A stretch of DNA of 64,000 nucleotides. Origin: a virus (Duplodnaviria > Heunggongvirae > Uroviricota > Caudoviricetes). Below are positions 1 through 8,823 of this stretch, piece by piece. The stretch lies in the IMG/VR virus record IMGVR_UViG_3300027733_000047; one strand, given 5' to 3'. The translations under genes and the position numbers were made by a program. How positions within the stretch are numbered: position 1 is the first letter of the stretch; the number at the start of each line of letters is the position of its first letter. A model generated the notes under the pieces. It saw only the letters and a program-made list of their open reading frames with translations. It did no database searches and was not told the DNA's origin.

Positions 1-641
1 TGAGGCTCTCGATGTTTGTCAAAACCTGTTTCATCTCCTTCCAAATCTTAAATGTATCTGTGGCTTGGTATTCTTTAAAATGAGCAATTAAAACCTTGAT
101 GACTGGAGCTGGCACCTTGAACTTAAATTTTAAAGCGTCGGTTTGATTAAAAAGCTTATTTCTAACAATCGTGTTAAACGCCATGCCTTGTAAAGCTGGT
201 GTCTCAGATATAAATCTTATCCAAGAAAACTTCTTCATAAAGGCCTTCATTATTGGATGCGTATCGATGCTGTCCCAACTAGCAATATTGCCAACATAAG
301 CACGCAACCCAGCATATGTTAATTGAGAGAATTTACCGTGGCCACGCTTGCTAGAATACCAAAACTTACCCCCCTTATAAATGATGCTCTCCATTTTCTT
401 TTTTCGGATATACATCTTGTTCGTAATGCTAATACCAACGGTCTCATGAAACGTACAAATCTCAAAATCACCATTTTCTTGTGTAAACTTAACAACTCGT
501 GTGATGTAATAACTACCTCGATTGTTGAAATACAAAATCCTAGCCTTGTACTTGTCTTTCGCGTAAACTTCAAATAGTTTGTCAACCAACGAAGATTTGG
601 ACTCCTGTATCAAGGTCCACTCTGGTTTATTTTTTTCCATA
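1..641 (-). CDS. hypothetical protein, partial (C-terminus beyond window start)
   Basis: Minus-strand frame translates without stop from ATG (639-641) to window edge (>=213 codons; MEKNKPEWTLIQESKSS...); not in ORF track because no stop in window. Confidence 0.5.
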
Positions 642-693
642 TGTAAATTGATTTATTTTGGCAAATATACCAAAAAAAATCAAATCACCAAAA

Positions 694-1173
694 TTATTTT
701 TTAAGATTTGCATAATATACTATGTAACTCTTTAAACACTTAGATTTAAAATCTATCCACGTATCCATATTTATCTTAATCCCCAGCCGATTACCCAATT
801 TCAATCCCTCATCCCAAGCAGCAAATTCTTCCTCTAGGCTCGCAACAACATAAGAATCCCTACGCATATATCTTTTATCATTGGTTGTTAAATTAACCTC
901 TTCAGCATACGCCGAAGTTGGAAACCGCTTGGTAAACTTCTTCCAATTCTTTCTAATTTCGTGATGACCCAACTCATGTAACATCAAATAGGTTTTTATC
1001 TCTACACCATATTTACCCTCGATATATATTGATTTTGGCTCATTTAAGGTTTGTAGGTTCCATTTTATCATGGATACACCCTTGTGATTAAGACTTATGT
1101 TAGCATAACCCTCATTAACAGCATATTCAGTTAAATGCCCAATTGCCCTCTTGTAACTATATCTACCTGCCAA
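694..1173 (-). CDS. putative HExxH-motif zinc metallopeptidase-like protein
   Basis: 159-aa ORF with MLHELGHHEI motif. Confidence 0.4.
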   Translation of the reverse strand: MAGRYSYKRAIGHLTEYAVNEGYANISLNHKGVSMIKWNLQTLNEPKSIYIEGKYGVEIKTYLMLHELGHHEIRKNWKKFTKRFPTSAYAEEVNLTTNDKRYMRRDSYVVASLEEEFAAWDEGLKLGNRLGIKINMDTWIDFKSKCLKSYIVYYANLKK

Positions 1174-1279
1174 AACCTTTTTTTTATAAATATCCAGTAT
1201 ATCTATATTAACATGTGAAGGTCAAACAAGCTCTGCAATTTACACTTCCAAAAGCAGGTACGGCGACATCGCCAGCTAC

Positions 1280-1882
1280 CTAGATGGAGCCAGGACCGAC
1301 GTAATTAAATCTAAACTCTGGGTTGACCCAAACATTTCCACCACCAGTTATCTTGGCTGTTCTATCTATTATCAGCTGTCTAACAGCTACCGCATCTGGA
1401 CTAAATGCACTGCCATCAGATGGTCTTAAATATTTCTTGGCCTCCTCTTTAGGGAATTCAACAAACTTTCCACCATCCATTACAGCAAATGAATATTGAG
1501 ACCCCGTAGGATATATAGGCAAATACAAACCACTCTTGCCAGTCTCTAACATATCAAAACCCTCTAATCTTTCATATGTGCCACGGCGTTGACCAGGCTC
1601 CGACTCAATACCCTTGCGCTCCTGAGCCCTGCGATACGTATCTAACCATGGAAACATAAACATTGTATGCTTATATAATTTACCATACATAGGATTGGGC
1701 ATCTTGCCCTCTGGGGTAACAAGGTTCTTATTCATGTTGCTATCCATGCTAGCAACATAATACGCTGTACCAGTTGTCATCTTGCCAAATCCCTGAGCCA
1801 AAAACTCAAAAAGGTCTGTATAACTACCTTCGTTTAAAATAGCCTCAGAAATTAAATCATTTAAAATTTTTTGTATTTTCAT
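1280..1882 (-). CDS. hypothetical protein
   Basis: 200-aa ORF; preceded by R2 repeat element (cccagaaaaaatttttt...ggggtacc). Confidence 0.6.
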   Translation of the reverse strand: MKIQKILNDLISEAILNEGSYTDLFEFLAQGFGKMTTGTAYYVASMDSNMNKNLVTPEGKMPNPMYGKLYKHTMFMFPWLDTYRRAQERKGIESEPGQRRGTYERLEGFDMLETGKSGLYLPIYPTGSQYSFAVMDGGKFVEFPKEEAKKYLRPSDGSAFSPDAVAVRQLIIDRTAKITGGGNVWVNPEFRFNYVGPGSI

Positions 1883-1908
1883 AACTTTTTTTTATATAAA
1901 TATACGGA

Positions 1909-1946
1909 AAAATCCCCCAGAAAAAATTTTTTAAAAGGGGGGTACC
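1909..1946. repeat. R2 intergenic repeat (TCCCAGAAAAAAATTTTTTAAAAAGGGGTACCCC family), copy 1
   Basis: cccccagaaaaaattttttaaaaggggggtacc upstream of the 1280..1882 start. Confidence 0.6.
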
Positions 1947-1954
1947 ACACCTTT

Positions 1955-2707
1955 TTATTTAATCTTTATATGTTCAACAACCTTGATATTATCCGTATTA
2001 AATATTATGTATTCATAATCCTGATAGTCAAACCCATCATATCCACACTTTTTAAAAAATAACGACATGTCTTTTTCGTACTCCGCAGTTTTGTAATTAA
2101 ACGCAAATATAAGAAAATCATTAATGCTCTTATCTGTGTTTTTTTTCAAATCATATAATATCTCGGTGTTTTTATCACCACCCTTTTGGTTGCCTAAAAT
2201 CTCTTTGACATTAGAAAGAACATCCTGTATTTCTTTATACTCCGCATTATTTTTAACACGCATTAACACATCTTCCAGCTTATTGACCAAAAATTTTAAA
2301 TCATCTAAATCATTGATATCGTAATCCCTTAGATTTTCGTATTTAGGATTTGTGTTAATTTCATTCCTAATCTCACTAGTATACTTTAATTTTAATTCAA
2401 TACTTCTAATAAAATCAGAACTTATCTTTTCATCCAAAGATAATAACTTTAAATTTGATTTATCAACTATTGTCATATATGCGCCATAATCCGATGCCTT
2501 AAATGGCGTAGAAGCAAAATATATTCCCCACCCATGTATACCCCTAGAACCACCCTTGATATAATCAGTATGAAATTTGTACCTAAAATCATCACCACAA
2601 TGATACATGATATCTTGCTTTGAATACTTTCTAGCAATATCTTGAGTTATATTACTCACCATTTCATTCAAATACCTTCGTAAACTATTTTTTATAATAT
2701 TTTTCAT
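1955..2707 (-). CDS. hypothetical protein
   Basis: 250-aa ORF; R2 repeat element upstream of ATG. Confidence 0.6.
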   Translation of the reverse strand: MKNIIKNSLRRYLNEMVSNITQDIARKYSKQDIMYHCGDDFRYKFHTDYIKGGSRGIHGWGIYFASTPFKASDYGAYMTIVDKSNLKLLSLDEKISSDFIRSIELKLKYTSEIRNEINTNPKYENLRDYDINDLDDLKFLVNKLEDVLMRVKNNAEYKEIQDVLSNVKEILGNQKGGDKNTEILYDLKKNTDKSINDFLIFAFNYKTAEYEKDMSLFFKKCGYDGFDYQDYEYIIFNTDNIKVVEHIKIK

Positions 2708-2730
2708 ACCCTATAAATATCACGAAAAAT

Positions 2731-2822
2731 TTCCCAGAAAAAAATTTTTAAAAAAGGACCCCCTCTTATATTTTAAGTCGAAAATTTCCCAGAAAAAAAT
2801 TTTTTAAAAAGGGGTACCCCTC
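2731..2822. repeat. R2 repeat, two tandem copies
   Basis: ttcccagaaaaaaatttttaaaaaaggaccccctc and ttcccagaaaaaaattttttaaaaaggggtacccctc between 2823..3526 and 1955..2707. Confidence 0.65.
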
Positions 2823-3526
2823 TTATTTTATCTTTTTACCATCAACAAATAATTTATTCAACATATCATCACTTATAAGATTAAGCTTAATATTACTACC
2901 CAAAATCTTTTGTACAGGAAAATTTCTTAATAACACATTGCTTGATAACCAAAAACCACCAGAACCATTAAAAGCATTGGAAATAACCCTTTTTTTATCT
3001 TTATACGTGTTCTTATTTATAACAAGTATATAATTTGACCCCCCATCCTCAAACGTAAAAAATACCAATTCTTTACCCTTGACATGCGAAGATATATCAG
3101 GATAATCATCTAACTCTTCACTTACCGTAATATTAAAACCTAATCCCATCCCGTTAATCCTATTCATCTCTTTTAAAAATGGTTCGTCATGCTCATGCTC
3201 AATACCCTGTTGAGATAAATAAACATGTATCATCTCATGCGCTAACGTATTCTTAAATTGACTATATGTTAAATCGTAAAACCTAGACATCCTTAAACCA
3301 CGTATAATTTCTTTACCCGATTCATCTTTCGCATAATATACTGTACCAATAAGATTTTTATCCATACCCCACCTTATTGGTATTGGCGCTATCTCACCCC
3401 CAAATAACAACCCATTTAATCTATTAAATTCTGACGTTAAATTAATATCATTAAAATCAATAACATCTTTATCATTAATCGTTTCTAATATCATACGCCT
3501 AAATAACTCCTGTATTAACTTTCTCA
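2823..3526 (-). CDS. SprT-like zinc metallopeptidase domain protein
   Basis: Motif LAHEMIHVYL...EHEHDEPF (HExxH...H..EF, SprT/Wss1-like); start moved to MRKLIQ (ATG 3524-3526) because the track N-terminal extension is a translation of the intergenic repeat. Confidence 0.5.
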
Positions 3527-3550
3527 TATAAAGATAAATATCACGAAAAA

Positions 3551-3640
3551 TTCCCAGAAAAAAATTTTTTAAAAAGGGGGTACCCCTATATGACCTTAAA
3601 AAAATTCCCAGAAAATTTTTGCGTGAAGGGTCACCCCCTA
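3551..3640. repeat. R2 repeat, two copies (second degenerate)
   Basis: ttcccagaaaaaaattttttaaaaagggggtacccct and ttcccagaaaatttttgcgtgaagggtcaccccc. Confidence 0.6.
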
Positions 3641-3735
3641 TGTGGGGTGGCATACGGGGGGGTATGTAAGGGGGGTAACGGGGGGAGGGGGTACGGGGGG
3701 AGGGGTACCCCTTATATATGGGGGAGGGGTACGTA
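3628..3735 (+). repeat. G-rich tract with at least 8 G4-G7 runs (G-quadruplex-prone) built from GGGGTAC / GTACCCC units
   Basis: ggggtggcatacgggggggtatgtaaggggggtaacggggggagggggtacggggggaggggtacccc...gggggaggggtac; unique in an AT-rich genome. Confidence 0.6.
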
Positions 3736-3736
3736 T

Positions 3737-3775
3737 ATAAAAAAACCCCCTTTTGATTTTAAGGGGGTTTTTAGA
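3737..3775. terminator. bidirectional intrinsic terminator hairpin
   Basis: aaaaaaacccccttttgattttaagggggttttt: 9-bp GC stem flanked by A/T runs; downstream of 3791..4345. Confidence 0.6.
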
Positions 3776-3790
3776 CGTTTTAAGGATACC

Positions 3791-4345
3791 TTATTCAGTT
3801 ATAAGGTATTCAGTCCCGCAGAACTTAATTAGTGTTATACGGCTAATGTATGGGGTTATCATACGGAAATCATCTTCAACGGCTACAAGTCCACGTCCTG
3901 CTGTTTTTTTAGGTGTAGGGTTAAAATAGATAGGTGCCCACAAGTCCATACTGATAGCCTCAGCCTCAGTAATTTCCTTGCCGTTATGAAAGTAGCCAAG
4001 TAATTCAACTGCCTCAGTTTTCAATATCTTTGCGTCTAACATCATTTCACCCGTTTTAAGTGAACGGATAAGGGTAGTTGATAGCCTTTCTTTGCCCTTC
4101 ATTTCCTCAGCCTTAAATTCAGTTTCACCCGTTAAATTAATCACTTTGTTAGTGTAATTGTGGTTAAGGTAGGCATTTTTTACCCTTACAAGTTTTTGAA
4201 CTTGCTTTGTACCCTTTACAACACGTGAACGGCTATCGTCCACAAAATACGTTAAACTAATTGAAGTTGAACGTGTAAAGTCCTTTACTAATTCAGCGAA
4301 ATTAGCCACACTGATAGGCTGTTGGTTTAATACTGCTGTTTGCAT
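3791..4345 (-). CDS. hypothetical protein
   Basis: 184-aa ORF followed by hairpin terminator 3737-3775. Confidence 0.6.
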   Translation of the reverse strand: MQTAVLNQQPISVANFAELVKDFTRSTSISLTYFVDDSRSRVVKGTKQVQKLVRVKNAYLNHNYTNKVINLTGETEFKAEEMKGKERLSTTLIRSLKTGEMMLDAKILKTEAVELLGYFHNGKEITEAEAISMDLWAPIYFNPTPKKTAGRGLVAVEDDFRMITPYISRITLIKFCGTEYLITE

Positions 4346-4408
4346 TTTTTGTTGGTTTAATTGTGAAAAGATGATGTAATTTAGTAAAATAAATTCAATA
4401 TACCAAAT

Positions 4409-4636
4409 TTATTTTTTATCATTGTAAATTATAAAAATTGTTGATGTAATAAATAAAACTAATGAAGTAACCCAACCCCAACACAAAAACCAACCTACGT
4501 GCCCTTTATCCATTGCGTGCGCGTATTCGTACATACTGCTTTCACTTGTCCCAGGTTCAGCACCCAAAATAAATAACGTACATAAACCTAAAACGATAAG
4601 GGAAATTTCTTGAGCATAGAAAATAAAATTTTTCAT
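4409..4636 (-). CDS. small membrane protein (paralog of 6418..6687)
   Basis: Shares LGAEPGTSESSMYEY(A/E)H core with 6418..6687 ORF; hydrophobic. Confidence 0.55.
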   Translation of the reverse strand: MKNFIFYAQEISLIVLGLCTLFILGAEPGTSESSMYEYAHAMDKGHVGWFLCWGWVTSLVLFITSTIFIIYNDKK

Positions 4637-4740
4637 AATTTGAATAGTTTAATTGTTAAAAGATGATGCAATTTACAAAATAATTTTGATATAGCAAATT
4701 TATTTTTGAATTATTTTGATATTTTTTTTATTGATATATG

Positions 4741-4795
4741 TTGCTAAAATGTTTAGCAATTTGCTAAATTATTTAGTATGCTAATATTTTTAGCA
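4741..4795. promoter_or_regulatory. cluster of three TGCTAA(A)-N-TTAGCA palindromes
   Basis: ttgctaaaatgtttagcaa, ttgctaaattatttagta, atgctaatatttttagcat. Confidence 0.4.
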
Positions 4796-4799
4796 TTAT

Positions 4800-4900
4800 A
4801 GGGTGCGTTGGAGTATACTTCCCGATTTGTAGTCGTCTGTGCCTTTGCATAGCAAAGGTAAGGAAAGCAATTGATATAAACAAATTTATTTTGAATTATT
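4800..4900 (-). ncRNA. mini-unit E: promoter plus conserved about-65-nt segment ending in GGAGTATACTCC palindrome (candidate sRNA)
   Basis: Minus-strand read ...tgctatgcaaaggcacagacgactacaaatcgggaagtatactccaacgcaccc; member of the 8-copy family. Confidence 0.35.
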
Positions 4901-4975
4901 TTTAAATTATTTTAAATAAAAAAAATCAGGATATAGAAATATCCCGATTTATCCTTATACAATATAAACCCTAAT

Positions 4976-5107
4976 TAAAACGATTGTTGCGTCGTGTCAT
5001 TTTGTCCCACGACTGATTGCCGTGACAACCATATCCAGCACGACAAGATGAACCAAAGATAGCGATTGAACCAAGCAATACCAAAGCAAATAATAATTTT
5101 TTCATTT
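4976..5107 (-). CDS. small secreted Cys-rich peptide (44 aa)
   Basis: My translation MKKLLFALVLLGSIAIFGSSCRAGYGCHGNQSWDKMTRRNNRFN; promoter motif 5120-5180 abuts ATG; below ORF-track cutoff. Confidence 0.4.
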
Positions 5108-5223
5108 TTAAAAGTTTAATTGTTAATTGATAATGCAAATATAGGACAATAAATTCAAACTACCAAATTTATTTTTAAAAAGATTTATTTGTTTATTTGA
5201 AATTAATTTTGTATTATTGCTGA

Positions 5224-5406
5224 ATGAAAAAATTATTATTACTTATTGCGATTGCTACCTTATCGGGTTGCTATGAATATCGTAAATTGCCCAATGTTAA
5301 ACGTGTTAATAAGGGTGATGTAAGAAAAGCAATGAAACATAGCACTTCAAATTATGAAATGCCAAGACAAAGCACTTATAACGTTTCTTATCATTATAAC
5401 CATTAA
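5224..5406 (+). CDS. putative small lipoprotein
   Basis: MKKLLLLIAIATLSGC lipobox-like N-terminus; plus strand. Confidence 0.35.
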   Translation: MKKLLLLIAIATLSGCYEYRKLPNVKRVNKGDVRKAMKHSTSNYEMPRQSTYNVSYHYNH

Positions 5407-5417
5407 ACCAAACTAAA

Positions 5418-5606
5418 ATGAAAATCAAAACAAAATTAAGCCCAGAAAATGAAATGCTATCTTTGTATTTATCAATTATTGTTAGCCTTATATTTTTCGC
5501 CTTGTGGGTGTTTACAGACATCAACCCAACAAAGTTATTTTTTAACTACATCGTGTTTTATTGTGTTGTTGTGCTGATTGGTTTCTTTTATCCTTTCAAA
5601 AAATAA
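5418..5606 (+). CDS. small membrane protein
   Basis: 62-aa hydrophobic ORF in tandem with 5224..5406. Confidence 0.35.
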   Translation: MKIKTKLSPENEMLSLYLSIIVSLIFFALWVFTDINPTKLFFNYIVFYCVVVLIGFFYPFKK

Positions 5607-5628
5607 TTTAAAAAAAGATTAAAAAAGA

Positions 5629-5728
5629 TTTGGTAGAATGAATAATTCTACCTATCTTTGATTTATCAAAGCGATAAGACGACGACAAGTCGGTAGGTAT
5701 ACTCCACGCTACGTGCTATTTTTTTTAT
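5629..5728 (+). ncRNA. mini-unit A (candidate sRNA)
   Basis: TTTGG(5629)-N19-TATCTTTG(5653-5660), then ...gacgacgacaagtcggtaggtatactccacgctacgtgctaTTTTTTTT. Confidence 0.4.
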
Positions 5729-5782
5729 CCAATATATAAAAAAATTGTCAGATATTACTCTGACAATCATATTATAGTTTAT

Positions 5783-6190
5783 TTAACTATAATAAATTTC
5801 CTCCAAATCCTTCAAAACAGCTTTGCCCTTATCCGTCCAAGATATACCTTTGAGCCATACAAAATGCTCAAGGTTTTGAGGGTTGCGCCAATCCATTCCT
5901 TCGCCCTCAAATAGCCATTTTAAAGCCGTTTTATAGTCAGATGCGCCCAATTGGATAGTACGTCCAATTAACAAATCAAAAGCCTTCAAATCGGCTTGTA
6001 AACGCAATTCCTCCTCGATGGCATTCTCACGGCAAACCTCGGAAAAACGAGCGAAATCGGCTTGTAACTGCTCGTCAGACATAGCCGAATAATCCAAGCC
6101 ACGAGGGCGAAAGCCGTATGCGTCCTTGTGAAAATCGCTATAAACTTGTAGCATTTCGTTTCTCTCGGCAAGTGATAAGGTAGTAGTCAT
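5783..6190 (-). CDS. hypothetical protein (GC-rich compositional outlier)
   Basis: 135-aa ORF; clearly higher GC than neighbours; promoter variant 6195-6260. Confidence 0.6.
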   Translation of the reverse strand: MTTTLSLAERNEMLQVYSDFHKDAYGFRPRGLDYSAMSDEQLQADFARFSEVCRENAIEEELRLQADLKAFDLLIGRTIQLGASDYKTALKWLFEGEGMDWRNPQNLEHFVWLKGISWTDKGKAVLKDLEEIYYS

Positions 6191-6293
6191 AATTTGAATG
6201 TTTAAATGTTAAAAGATAATGCAATTTAGCAAAATAAATTCAAAGCACCAAATTTATTTTCATATAATTTTTTTTATAATATATTGGTTTATA

Positions 6294-6412
6294 TCGCATA
6301 AAAAAAATATCGTGTAGGTTGGAGTATACTTCCCGATAGTGTATATCGTATTGCAACTTTGCTAAAGCAAAGATAAGGTAGTTTTTTCAAACTACCAAAT
6401 CTTTTGCAAAGT
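6294..6412 (-). ncRNA. mini-unit F (candidate sRNA)
   Basis: Minus strand TTTGG-N19-TTATCTTTG, then ctttagcaaagttgcaatacgatatacactatcgggaagtatactccaacctacacgataTTTTTTTT. Confidence 0.4.
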
Positions 6413-6417
6413 ATTTT

Positions 6418-6687
6418 TTATATTTTTTTGTATATACGGATTGCAGTAGTAACTACAAACGTAACAAATGATAAACCTAATGCCAAAAGCAAATACCAAC
6501 CAAAATTACCTTTATCGCAAAAATGCTCGTATTCATACATAGAACTCTCACTTGTCCCAGGCTCAGCGCCTAATACACATAATAGGCAAAAAGCAAAAAT
6601 ACACATTGAAAAAAATTGTGCGTTTTCAATAAATTCATTAAAAAACTTTTTCATAATAGATTGTTTAAATGTTAAAAGATAGTGCAA
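6418..6687 (-). CDS. small membrane protein (paralog of 4409..4636)
   Basis: LGAEPGTSESSMYEYEH core; promoter variant 6660-6725. Confidence 0.55.
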   Translation of the reverse strand: MHYLLTFKQSIMKKFFNEFIENAQFFSMCIFAFCLLCVLGAEPGTSESSMYEYEHFCDKGNFGWYLLLALGLSFVTFVVTTAIRIYKKI

Positions 6688-6756
6688 TTTACTAAAATAA
6701 ATTCAAACTACCAAATTTATTTTTAAAAAAATAAATAAAAAATAATTGCCAAAATA

Positions 6757-6853
6757 TTTGTTTTATAATTTAAAAACCCTTACCTTTGCTAAAGCAAAGG
6801 CAAAGACGTTTAAACAACGGGAAGTATACTCCACGCTACGTGTTATTTTTTTT
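6757..6853 (+). ncRNA. mini-unit G (candidate sRNA)
   Basis: TTTG-N19-TTACCTTTG, then ctaaagcaaaggcaaagacgtttaaacaacgggaagtatactccacgctacgtgttaTTTTTTTT. Confidence 0.4.
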
Positions 6854-6907
6854 ATATATGAAAAAAAAATTTTGCAAAGGTACAACATTATTTCCATACT
6901 ACCAAAT

Positions 6908-6946
6908 AAAGTTATCCACATAGGCAAAAAATATGTTAATAACTTT
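6908..6946. promoter_or_regulatory. hairpin AAAGTTAT-CCACA...-ATAACTTT containing a perfect DnaA box (TTATCCACA 6912-6920)
   Basis: 8-bp stem; precedes the plus-strand promoter of 7022..7330. Confidence 0.45.
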
Positions 6947-7021
6947 TCTAAAATAAATTTGGTAGGTTAAAAAAATAGTCCTATTTTTACATCAGTTCTT
7001 TCACATTTAAACCAATCTATT

Positions 7022-7330
7022 ATGACACAATTTGAAACGGCTATTGCCCAAGCCGAAATTGGCGAATTGCAAACTCCAAGTGTTAGTTATGGTAAAACTG
7101 CCATAGATTACTTTTGGTATCAAGTTTCAGTACATCACTTTAACCTTAAAATTATGGCAAGTGGTATGAAATGTCGGGGTATTAAATTTACCGATATTAA
7201 AAAATACTACGGCTTGAAAGGTAATTGCGCTAAAAAATGTCTGGCACAATTTGAAAATGTCGTTACTCGTTACCGATTAAAAATGATTAACGACCATCTC
7301 AACACAATGGAAACTGAATACTCGTTTTAA
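7022..7330 (+). CDS. hypothetical protein (lone plus-strand gene with own terminator)
   Basis: 102-aa ORF; TTTGG-N19-TAtttTTa upstream (6957-6990); strong intrinsic terminator 7345-7371. Confidence 0.6.
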   Translation: MTQFETAIAQAEIGELQTPSVSYGKTAIDYFWYQVSVHHFNLKIMASGMKCRGIKFTDIKKYYGLKGNCAKKCLAQFENVVTRYRLKMINDHLNTMETEYSF

Positions 7331-7344
7331 ACTCCAATCCAACA

Positions 7345-7371
7345 AAGCACCCTTCGGGGTGTTTTTTTTTG
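7345..7371 (+). terminator. rho-independent terminator of 7022..7330
   Basis: gcacccttcggggtgttttttttt: CACCC-TTCG-GGGTG followed by T9. Confidence 0.75.
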
Positions 7372-7375
7372 CCCC

Positions 7376-7395
7376 ATGTACACAAAAGTGTGCAT
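7376..7395. promoter_or_regulatory. 20-bp palindrome ATGTACACAAAAGTGTGCAT (operator-like, copy 1 of 9)
   Basis: Family consensus ATGTACACAA|TTGTGTACAT; lies between the terminator and the unit-B promoter. Confidence 0.5.
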
Positions 7396-7426
7396 TTAAA
7401 ATAATTTAAAAATAATTCAAAATAAA

Positions 7427-7527
7427 TTTGGTAGTATCAAATTAATGTACTACATTTGTATTGTCAATGTGAATGACAGACGATTAAAACTCGGGAGGTA
7501 TACTCCAAGCTACGTCATATTTTTTTA
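7427..7527 (+). ncRNA. mini-unit B (candidate sRNA)
   Basis: TTTGG(7427)-N19-TACATTTG(7451-7458), then tattgtcaatgtgaatgacagacgattaaaactcgggaggtatactccaagctacgtcataTTTTTTT. Confidence 0.45.
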
Positions 7528-7769
7528 GCGCTCCAAAAATCTTTTCATTCTTTCATATTCATAATTTTCATAATATAATATTTTTTTAATGAATTTAAAT
7601 AATGCTTTCATAGTATATGGATTTAATTATATATATTCAAATAATATACCAAACCAAAATTATTTTTCATATCCTATTTGTCAGCTCAAAACTGACAATG
7701 CAGATATAAAACATAACTCATTTTAAGCCGATTTAACGGCATATATTTATCAGATAAGGTAATCATAAG

Positions 7770-7802
7770 GGGCATAAAAAAAGGGGCTAAATTAGCCCCT
7801 TA
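7770..7802 (-). terminator. intrinsic terminator of 7821..8687
   Basis: Perfect palindrome aaggggctaaattagcccctt followed (on minus strand) by T7. Confidence 0.65.
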
Positions 7803-7820
7803 TTCATTCGTATAGCAATT

Positions 7821-8687
7821 TTAATTTGCCGTTGCCATATCGTATATGGTATCAAATATTTTGCCGTCTAGTGTTTTTTGCACATCAAACGATTTCGCAA
7901 ATTTGGTATGCAATATCTCGTTGAAGGCATTGTAACCTAACCACATATTAGGCGAAGTATTAAGGTATCTAGATTCAGCCAATATCGTATCTGCAACTAT
8001 TTCAGCATTTAAGGACGGCTCGGGATTTTTGTCCGATTTTTCATACTTAAATATAGCAGTTTCCTTGCATACGTCCTTTACGAATTTTTGCACATCAGAA
8101 ACGATTGCACCACTCAAAAACTCTGCCTTCGGTTTCAACGTGTAATACTCGTTATTCAAAAAATTGCTAACAAGGGTTTCAATTTCGGGCAATACAAACT
8201 CAACGATACTACCTTTATGCTTTACGTTAAAAGACATTTTGGTTTCAGCAACGTGCAAACCATTAGTACAAACTTGGCGAAAATATCCAAAACTGCCCGA
8301 CGTTTTACAACTGCCGTCATACGAATTAACGAAACGTAACATTGGCTTGATAATATCTTTGCCATTAGCCACAACGATATTATATCTATCATCGTTTAAG
8401 ATATAATCAACTGCGAAACTACGATTATCACGATTAATACTACGTGTGTCGTATTGCACATCAGCATTAATCAAATTTTCTTCCACAACGGCAAAAAACT
8501 GCTCGTTGGGTAAATGTCCGTAATTGTCCGAAAATACGCCTACCAACGTGCCGTTGGAATAGATTGCTTTTTCTAATCCCTTACGTGTAGGAGTGCCTAA
8601 AATTTCGGCTAAATTACGCACTTCGCTATCAACGAATACGTTGTCATTCTGCATTGTTTGCCCCTTAAAATTGATACGTGTAGTCAT
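7821..8687 (-). CDS. DUF932-like phage/plasmid protein
   Basis: Motif VNSYDGSCKTSGSFGYFRQVCTNGL resembles DUF932 signature (NSHDGSSA...FR.VCSNG); paralog of 32805..33701. Confidence 0.5.
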   Translation of the reverse strand: MTTRINFKGQTMQNDNVFVDSEVRNLAEILGTPTRKGLEKAIYSNGTLVGVFSDNYGHLPNEQFFAVVEENLINADVQYDTRSINRDNRSFAVDYILNDDRYNIVVANGKDIIKPMLRFVNSYDGSCKTSGSFGYFRQVCTNGLHVAETKMSFNVKHKGSIVEFVLPEIETLVSNFLNNEYYTLKPKAEFLSGAIVSDVQKFVKDVCKETAIFKYEKSDKNPEPSLNAEIVADTILAESRYLNTSPNMWLGYNAFNEILHTKFAKSFDVQKTLDGKIFDTIYDMATAN

Positions 8688-8740
8688 AACTGGGTTGCAT
8701 TTTAGCCACTCGCATTGTGGTTAGGTTGAATTGTGAGATA

Positions 8741-8780
8741 CAAATATCGCATTAGTTTTTCAAACCACCAAATTTATTTT
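8741..8780 (-). promoter_or_regulatory. Bacteroidota sigma-A-type promoter (TTTGG-N19-TAnnTTTG on minus strand)
   Basis: Plus strand reads caaatatcgc...ccaaatttatttt; drives 7821..8687. Confidence 0.55.
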
Positions 8781-8823
8781 GAATTATTTTTAAAATAGTT
8801 ATACACATATTATTTTTTATAAT

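Noticed and set aside
319-585. Overlapping 88-aa minus-strand and 84-aa plus-strand ORFs (319..585 and 323..577)
   Set aside because: Both lie inside, and out of frame with, a longer uninterrupted minus-strand reading frame (1..641) that has a proper start. I treated them as spurious.
1909-3640. GGGGTACCCC palindromes of the R2 repeat as rho-independent terminators
   Set aside because: The loop would be only 2-4 nt with a 3-4-bp stem, which is too weak to call a terminator confidently. I kept it as a repeat or possible protein-binding or promoter element.
2823-3653. N-terminal 42 aa of the track ORF 2823..3653 (MPPHIGGDPSRKNFLGIFLRS...) and the plus-strand Gly-rich ORF 3590..3832
   Set aside because: These residues are simply the translation of the R2 repeat and G-tract (GGGGTACCCC/AAAAAATTTTTT). 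The real start is MRKLIQ at 3526, after the repeat.
6746-6970. 74-aa plus-strand ORF 6746..6970
   Set aside because: It spans mini-unit G, its T-run terminator and the DnaA-box hairpin. Its composition is poly-A/T and it has no promoter-to-ATG arrangement.
8088-8406. Plus-strand ORFs antisense to larger minus-strand genes. This class includes 8088..8339, 8164..8406, 19022..19297, 23673..23945, 24005..24244, 31431..31703, 38558..38860, 43994..44347, 53167..53397 and 56017..56310.
   Set aside because: They lie entirely inside longer, promoter-equipped genes on the dominant strand, and no promoter motif is upstream of any of them.
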